Shown here one piece after another: positions 55,861 through 64,000 of a DNA stretch of 64,000 bases. The stretch lies in the NCBI RefSeq assembly GCF_009914755.1, contig NC_060934.1; one strand, given 5' to 3'. The stretch's first letter is position 1; the number at the start of each line of letters is the position of its first letter. The stretch comes from the human T2T-CHM13v2.0 reference genome, Homo sapiens. The position numbers and the translations under genes were made by a program. A model generated the notes under the pieces. It did no database searches. It worked only from the letters and a program-made list of their open reading frames with translations, and was not told where the DNA came from.

Positions 55861-56965
55861 TGATTTTTGACAAGGATACCAAAACTATTCAGTGGGGAAA
55901 ACAACAGTCTTTTCAACAAATGATGCTAGGACAACTGAATATACACATGCAAAAGAATAAAGTTGAAGCCCTACCTCACACCATATACAAAAATTAACAC
56001 AAAATAGATCAAAGACTTAAATGTAGAACTAAAACTATAAAACTCTTAGAAGAAAACATAAGATTCTACCAATAAAGTAAAACAACAACTCCAAGAATGG
56101 GGAAAAACATTGGCAAACCAAAATATTTGATAAGGGTCTAGGATCCAGAATATATAAAAAGCTCTGACAATTCAACAAAACAGAAAAATAACCCAATTTT
56201 TAAAAGGGCAAAGAATTTTAGCAGACATTTCTTCAAAGAAGATGTACAAATATATAATAATTATTTGAAAAATGCTTACCACCATTAGTCATTAAGTAAA
56301 TGTAAATCAAAACCACAATGAGATACCTCTTCAACCTCCCCAGGATGGCTATAACTAAAAAAAAAAAAAAAGTAACAAGTGTTGACATAGGTGTGAAAAA
56401 ATTAGAATCCTCTTACATTGCTGGTGGGAATGTCTAATGGTTCAGCCACTTTGGAAAACAGTCTGCCAATTCCTCTAAAGTTTAATCATAGAGTTACCAT
56501 ATAACCCAGCAATTCCACTCTTAGATATATATCCAAGAGCATTAAAAACAGGTGTTCAAACAAAAACTTGTACACAAATGTTCATAGCAGCATTATTTAT
56601 AATGTTCATAGCAGCATTATTTATAATAGCCAAAAGGTGGAAATAGCTCAAAATTTGCATTAACTGATGAATACGTAAATATAATGTATATCTATACAAT
56701 GGAATATTGTTCAGCCATAAAGAGGGTACATGCTACAACATTTAAGAACCTTAAAAACAATATGCTAATTAAAAGAAACCTGGCTCAAAAGTCCGTCTGT
56801 CAAATGATTTCATTTATATGAAATGTGCAGAATAGGCAAATCCACACAGAAAAAACTACTTAACTGATTGCCAGAGGCTAGTGGTAGGAGAAAATGGAAA
56901 GTAACTAGTAGAAGGTGTGGGTTTTCTTTTGGTGTAATGAAAAGATTCTGGAGTTATGTAGTGGT

Positions 56966-57352
56966 TGCTATGGTTTGAATGTGCTGCTCCAAAGTTCGTT
57001 AGAAATTTAATCTCCAATGTAACAGTATTTAGATGTGGGACCTTTAAGATGTAATTAGGTCATGAGGGCTCTGGCCTCACTAATAGATCATGAGAGTGGG
57101 CTAATTATTCCAAGAATGAGTTCCTGCTAAAAAGGATGAGTTCAGCCTGATTTCCACCCTGTCTTACACAGTCTCACCCTCTCTCACCATGTCATGCCTT
57201 CTGCCATGGTATGATGCAGCAAGAAGGCCCTCTCCAGATATGGCCCTTTGAACTTACTAGGCCCCAGAACTGTGAGGCAAATAAACTTCTATTCTTTATA
57301 AATTACTTAGTCTGTAGTAATATGTTACAGCAGCAGAATATGGACTAAGACA
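56966..57352 (+). mobile_element. MST-family (MSTC/D-like) MaLR solo LTR
   Basis: TGCTATGGTTTGAATGTG...TGGACTAAGACA with TG..CA ends; 5-bp TSD (G/A)TGGT. Confidence 0.88.
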
Positions 57353-57649
57353 ATGGTGATGGTTACATTAACTCTGTGAAAATACTAAAGACCACTGAAT
57401 TGTACGATTTAAAATGGTGAGTTTTGTAGCATATGAATGATATTTGAACTTAAAAAGACCAATTGTAAAAATAATTTCTATTCAATGTCAAAGAAAACCA
57501 AAAAGGCAAAGGTCTAATATCTTTTAAAATTTATGTCTTTGTGGACAAGGAAAAAGGTTTTCCAATATTAAGATCACACCTAATGACTAAACTAGCAATG
57601 GTAATGAGTGCTAGGAAGTGCAAGAAACATTGTTTCCAAGGAACTCAAT

Positions 57650-58030
57650 TGTCTTAGAGTTCCCCCAGAAATAGACCCTAAGACAAGCATTTAAGTGCAA
57701 AAAAAGTCTATTGGGAGGTGAAGGAAATACCAACAAGGGAGCAGGAAAGTGAGTCAGGGAAGGGAAGGCAGCCAATAAAATGTGCATTATCGAGCAAGTC
57801 ACCACTGAGGGTAACTGGAGCTAGACTCTATTGGGGAACTCTGGGAGTCAGTGTAAAAATGTACTTTAGTCACGCTCACCCCTAGGTCAAGAAATTGAGA
57901 TATTTATACTACAACGCTTGTCTTATTAATTGAGGCTTAGCTCCTCTAGCAGCAAGAGGAAGTCCTCAAGCAAAGAGAGGCAGATGCTGGTAGTTGGAGC
58001 TGGGCAGACTTGCACTGAAATGGAAAGGCC
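57650..58030 (-). mobile_element. LTR16-family ERVL LTR
   Basis: TTCCCCCAGAAATAGACCCTAAGACAAGCATTTAAGTGCAA..TATTGGGAGGTGA..GGGAAGGGAAGGCAGCCAATAAA. Confidence 0.7.
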
Positions 58031-58069
58031 CTGACCATTCATATCTCTTAATTATAACTCTCTACAGAT

Positions 58070-58270
58070 GGTTGTAGATTATGGATTTGGAAATAAAAAG
58101 ACCTGGATTGGAGTTTTAGCTTCACTAGTTGGGGCAAGCCATTCAACTCCCTGGGGCTCATTTCTTTATATACAAAACATAGAAGAAAGGGAGTAAAACA
58201 TATACTGCACAGGATTGTTGTAAGGATACAATGAAGTGATATATATGAGTGTTCCTTGCTATATAAAACG
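58070..58270 (+). mobile_element. MIR
   Basis: GGGCAAGCCATTCAACTCCCTGGGGCTCATTTC..GGATTGTTGTAAGGAT. Confidence 0.6.
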
Positions 58271-58499
58271 TAGTTACTAGGTTTTTTGTTTTTTATTTTA
58301 TTTTTTAAGACATGTGGATGACAATATGCTGAATAAAGATTAAATTTATAGAACTGGAATGCAGTCATGCTAATTTTCTTAACTCTTGAACAATAAGCAT
58401 CTATGTTCAGAATGATAACCCAGGGACTCTGCCAGATTGTATTGCTTTAAAGGAGGCTTGGTTTTGTTCATCCACCTTTGCAGTCAACATACAGACTAT

Positions 58500-59325
58500 T
58501 GTCATAGAGACTGCTAAATGTTTACCACAATTTGTTTTCTCTTCTTCCTGGGCTCACAAATAGATGAATTCTCCAAGCCTCACTAATAATGAGGGAAAGC
58601 CATGTGACCGAGTCCTAGCCAATGGAAAGGAATGTGTTCTGTTCCCTCCCTTGGTCAGTCAAACCTCTCATAAGCCCTTTTAGGTGCTCTTCCCTCCCCT
58701 TGCGATTGGCAGAAATGGAGAAAATTGCCGGAGTGATTTTAGAAGCCACACGTGCTGAAGATGGCATAGCCTTTGTCAGCATAGGCCTCTGCTATGGTTT
58801 GGATTTATATCACCTCCCAAATCTCATGTCGAATCGTAATCCCCAGTGTTGGAGGAGGAGGCTGGTGGGAGATGATTGGATCATGGTGATAGATTTTCCC
58901 CTGGCTGTTCTTGTGATAGCGAGTGAGTTCTCGTGAGATCCGGTTGTTTAAAAGTGTGTAGCACCTCTGCCTTTTCTCCCTTCCTCCTTCTCTGGCCATG
59001 TAAGATGTGCCTGCTTCCCCTTCATTTTCCATCATGACTGTAAGTTTCCTAAGGTCTCTTCAGCCATGCTTACTGTACAGCCTGCCTAATTGTGAGTCGA
59101 TTAAACCTGTTTTCTTATAAATTACCCAGTCTCAGGTAGTTCTTTATAGCAATGTGAGAACAGAGTAATACAGCCTTCAAATGACTTAATGGAGGAAGGA
59201 TGGCCCACCACAATGGTCACCCTGTCAGTACAGTTACATGAGTAAGAATGCCTGACACTTCTATTGGGTTCAAGTCACTATACATTGTTGGGTTTGTTAT
59301 AGCAGCTACCATTATCCTAACAATT
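58500..59325 (+). mobile_element. MLT1J-like MaLR LTR split by an MST LTR
   Basis: GCCATGTGACCGAGTCCTAGCCAATGGAA..CTGAAGATGGCA | ..TTTGTTATAGCAGCTA. Confidence 0.7.
58790..59172 (+). mobile_element. MSTA/B-like solo LTR
   Basis: TGCTATGGTTTGG..CCCAAATCTCATGTCGAAT..AAATTACCCAGTCTCAGGTAGTTCTTTATAGCA..TAATACA; TSD GCCT(C/T). Confidence 0.9.
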
Positions 59326-59785
59326 AAACTCATATATATTAGAAAGATTTCTGCAAAGAGGGTTTTTGTTTAACCCTGGATTAATAAGTTTTTATTAAGT
59401 AGAACTGACTTTTTCAAACATTCTGATTAACTGTGGTTGTGTTTTGGAGGGAGTTATGACTTTTTGGGGCAGTGTGCTACATACTCAGTGTATTGTGAAG
59501 TCAACTCCAGGCTTTTTAAAGCAGTCTTCCAACTGGAAAATGCATCATATCCTTGGCTAGCCCTACAAAGACAGAGCAGGAAATCATGCCCCCACTACTT
59601 CAAGCACTTTCTACCTTGGAACCTGTACACACTTTCTACCTTGGAACCTGTACATTTAGGTGTCTCTTATATGATGGCAGGTAGGAGGTATTAGACACAT
59701 CTTATATGAAAGACCATTAGGGGTGAGACAATCTATTTCTTCTTTCTTCCCATCTAATGAAAGTTCTACTGAGGGAAGCAGCTGA

Positions 59786-60064
<279 letters not shown>

Positions 60065-60116
60065 TAAAAATTTTGTTTACTTTTTCCTTACTTATAAAAA
60101 GAATAAACATCACATC

Positions 60117-60654
60117 TGTTCCAGTTTTCCACTGATGAATAACAAACCATCCCAAAATTAGTGGCATAAAACAACCATTTTGTTATGCTCATAGATTCTT
60201 TGGAATTCAGGCAGGGTGATACGGGAATGTCTTGTTTCTGCTCCAAGATATCTGGAACTTCAGGTAGAAAGACTGAACATCTGGGAGTTGGAACCATCTT
60301 CAGGTGGAAGCCTCTTCACTCACATGCTTGGCACCTGGGCCCAGATGACTGAAAGGCTGGGCTGTGTTGGGGCTGTTTACTGGAGACCCTGTCAATGTAG
60401 TTTGGGCTTTCTCACAGCATGGTAGGTAGTGTTAGGGTAGTTGAGGACTCCAAGAGTGAGTGGTTCCAGAGACCAAGGCAGATGGTGCAAGTGCTTTTAT
60501 TAACCAGCATTAGCACTCACATAGAGTCATTTTCACAACACTCTTTGGTCAAAGCAGTCTCAAGACTAACCACATACAAAAAGAAGGGGCACAGATGCTT
60601 TCTGTAGCTGTGAAGAGTGTGACAGAATTTGCAACTACATTTTGAAACTGCTAT
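60117..60654 (-). mobile_element. MLT1G/H-like MaLR LTR
   Basis: TAACAAACCATCCCAAAATTAGTGGCATAAAACAACCATT..CTTCACTCACATG..GGGCTTTCTCACAGCATGGT. Confidence 0.75.
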
Positions 60655-60715
60655 AATCTCTAATCCCACCAACCAAATACAACTGCCATTAACATTGTGG
60701 TTTCTTTCTTATCAG

Positions 60716-61697
60716 TTTTTTTTATTATTATTATACTTTAAGTTTTGGGTACAGAACTTTGTACCCAATACTTTAAGTTTTGGGTTTGTTACATGGGTAT
60801 ACACATGCCATGGTGGTTTGCTGCACCCATCAACCCGTCATTTACATTAGGTATTTCTCCTAATGCTATCCCTCCCCTAGTCCCCCACCCCCCGATAGGC
60901 CCCAGTGTGTGATGTTCTCCTCCCTGTGTCCATATATTCTCATTGTTCAACTCCCACTTATGAGTGAGAACAGGTGGTGTTTGGTTTTCTGTTCCTGTGT
61001 TAGTTTGCTGAGAATGACGGTTTCCAGCTTCATCCATGTCCCTGCAAAGGACATGAATTCATCCTTTTTTTTATGGCTGCATAGTATTCCATGGTGTATA
61101 TGTGCCACATTTTGTTTATCCAGTCTATCATTGATGGGCATTTGGGTTGGTTCCAAGTCTTTGCTATTGTGAATAGTGCTGCAATAAACATATGTGTGCA
61201 CACGTCTTTGTAGTTGAATGATTTATAATCCTTTGGATATGTACCCGGTAATGGGATTGCTGGGTCAAGTGGTATTGCTGGTTCTAGATCCTTGAGGAAT
61301 CGCCATACTGTCTTCCACAATGGTTGAACTAATTTACACTCCCAGCAACAGTGTAAAAGCATTCCTATTTTTCCACATCCTCTCCAGCATCTGTTGTTTT
61401 CTGACTTTTTAATGATCGCCATTCTAACTAGCATGAAATGGTATGTCATTGTGGTTTTGATTTGCATTTCTCTAACGACCAGTGATGATGAGCTTTTTTT
61501 CATATGTTTGTTGGCTGCATAAATGTCTTCTTTTGAGGAGTGTCTGTTCATATCCTTTGCCCACTTTTTGATGGGTTTTTTTTTTTTTATTGTAAAGTTG
61601 TAGATTCTGGATATTAGCCCTTTGTCAGATGGATAGATGGAGAAAATTTTCCCTCATTCTCTAGGTTGCCTGTTCACTCTGATGATAGTTACCTTTG
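60716..61697 (-). mobile_element. L1PA (about PA7-8-like) 5'-truncated fragment, ~1 kb
   Basis: Primate L1 3'UTR. ORF 61030..61551 translates the ORF2p C-terminal cysteine-rich region ([33 protein letters not shown]). Confidence 0.95.
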
Positions 61698-61791
61698 ACT
61701 TTATAACTGGTATGAAAAGCTTTATTAGCTTGAGGTACAAGTACATTCAGGTTTAATTGTTTTTTTCTGTTAAAATTGAGGTATTGACAAA

Positions 61792-62085
61792 GCCTGGTGG
61801 CTCACTCCCATAATCCCAGCACTTTGGGAGGCAATTCTTTGTGAGAGAGTTGCTTCAGCCCAGGAGTTCAAGACCAACCTGGGCAACTTAGCAAGACCCT
61901 GTCTCCAAGAAAAATTTTTTAAAATTAGCTCGGCATGATGGCACATTCCTATAGTCCCAGCTACTTAGGAGGATGAGGTGGGAGGATGGCTTGAGCCCAG
62001 GGGGGTCGAAGCTGCAGAAGCTATGGTCATACCACTGCACTCCAGCCTGAGCAACATAGTGAGACCCTGTCTCTAAAAAAAAAAA
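61792..62085 (+). mobile_element. AluJ-like
   Basis: GCCCAGGAGTTCAAGACC..GGTGGGAGGATGGCTTGAGCCCAGG. Confidence 0.9.
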
Positions 62086-62091
62086 GTGTAA

Positions 62092-62410
<319 letters not shown>

Positions 62411-62842
62411 ATAGTAGACAAATCTTAAGTGTAAGGCTGACAAATTTTTACATGTTTCTACAAACTTGAAACACACCCAAAATATATACAATGTTTTGTC
62501 ACTAGAAGTTTCCCTCAGAGTCATTTCCTAGTCATCTCCCCTGTCCCAGAGCTAGTCACTCTTCTGACTCTTACTGTCACTGATTAGTTTTTCCTGTTCT
62601 TGAACTTCAAATATGAAATGAAAGTGTAGTACTATTTTATATCTACTTCTTTCTTTCAATATAATTCTTTAATATTTATCCATGGTGTTACATGTATCCA
62701 TAGTTTGTTCTTTTTTATTGATGAACGATATTCTAGAATATGGAAATTGACCACACAAGATTTATCCATTCACCTCTTGATAGACGTTGGGTGATTTCTA
62801 GGTTTAGGCCATGATGAATATGAATAAAGTGCTACAAACATT

Positions 62843-63638
<796 letters not shown>

Positions 63639-64000
63639 CAAACATTCTTTTATATGACTATTTGTGGACATATTTACTTAGTTCTTTTAGGTACATGTTT
63701 AGGAGTAGAATTTCTAGTTCATCGGGTAGATGTACATTTATCTTTAGTGGTTATTACCAAATGGTTTTATTAAGTGATAATCTCCATTCCCATCAATGTT
63801 TAAACATTCTAGATGTTTCACATCCTCAACAACATATGGTGTTTCCAGTTTTTATAATATTAGTCATTCTAATGGATATACACAAGCATTTTAGTGGGTT
63901 TTTAGTTTACATTTTCTTGAAGAATAATAATGTTGAGTACTTGTCCGTATGCTTATTAGTCATTTGGATATCCTCTTTTGTAAATTATCTGTTCAAATCT

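Noticed and set aside
61030-61551. 173-aa ORF as a gene
   Set aside because: C-terminal remnant of L1 ORF2p in a ~1-kb truncated, promoterless L1PA.

Overview
Human (or near-identical great-ape) genomic DNA covering the 3' end of ARID5B on the + strand. It contains the distal part of the intron upstream of the penultimate exon (1-12352), the penultimate coding exon (12353-12551, end of the ARID DNA-binding domain), a 4.97-kb last intron, and a very large terminal exon (CDS 17524-19692, 722 aa). A transposon-free 3'UTR of about 3.9 kb ends at an AATAAA at 23581. The remaining ~40 kb is gene-free and dominated by transposon relics: more than 30 Alus across the window, ancient L1M/L1MA/L1MB and one L1PA fragment, L2, MIR, MaLR/ERVL/ERV1 LTRs, and hAT, Tigger and Mariner MITEs, often nested with readable target-site duplications (TSDs). 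I found no convincing new multi-gene system. The best leads are small: (i) a 3'UTR hairpin whose two arms are a miR-19 site and a miR-92 site, both miR-17~92 cluster miRNAs; (ii) a PxDLS CtBP-type motif plus SUMO motifs in the NMD-escaping last exon; (iii) a strong cryptic exon at 37159 that is open in the frame of the ARID5B penultimate-exon donor; (iv) templated-insertion (Pol theta-like) scars; (v) two loci where Alus inserted repeatedly into the same target, leaving three TSD copies; (vi) an intact MADE1 (miR-548-type) hairpin. Repeat subfamily names are by-eye assignments, and boundaries of ancient elements are approximate. Exon numbers (9, 10) and residue numbers assume the canonical 1188-aa ARID5B as recalled, not verified.
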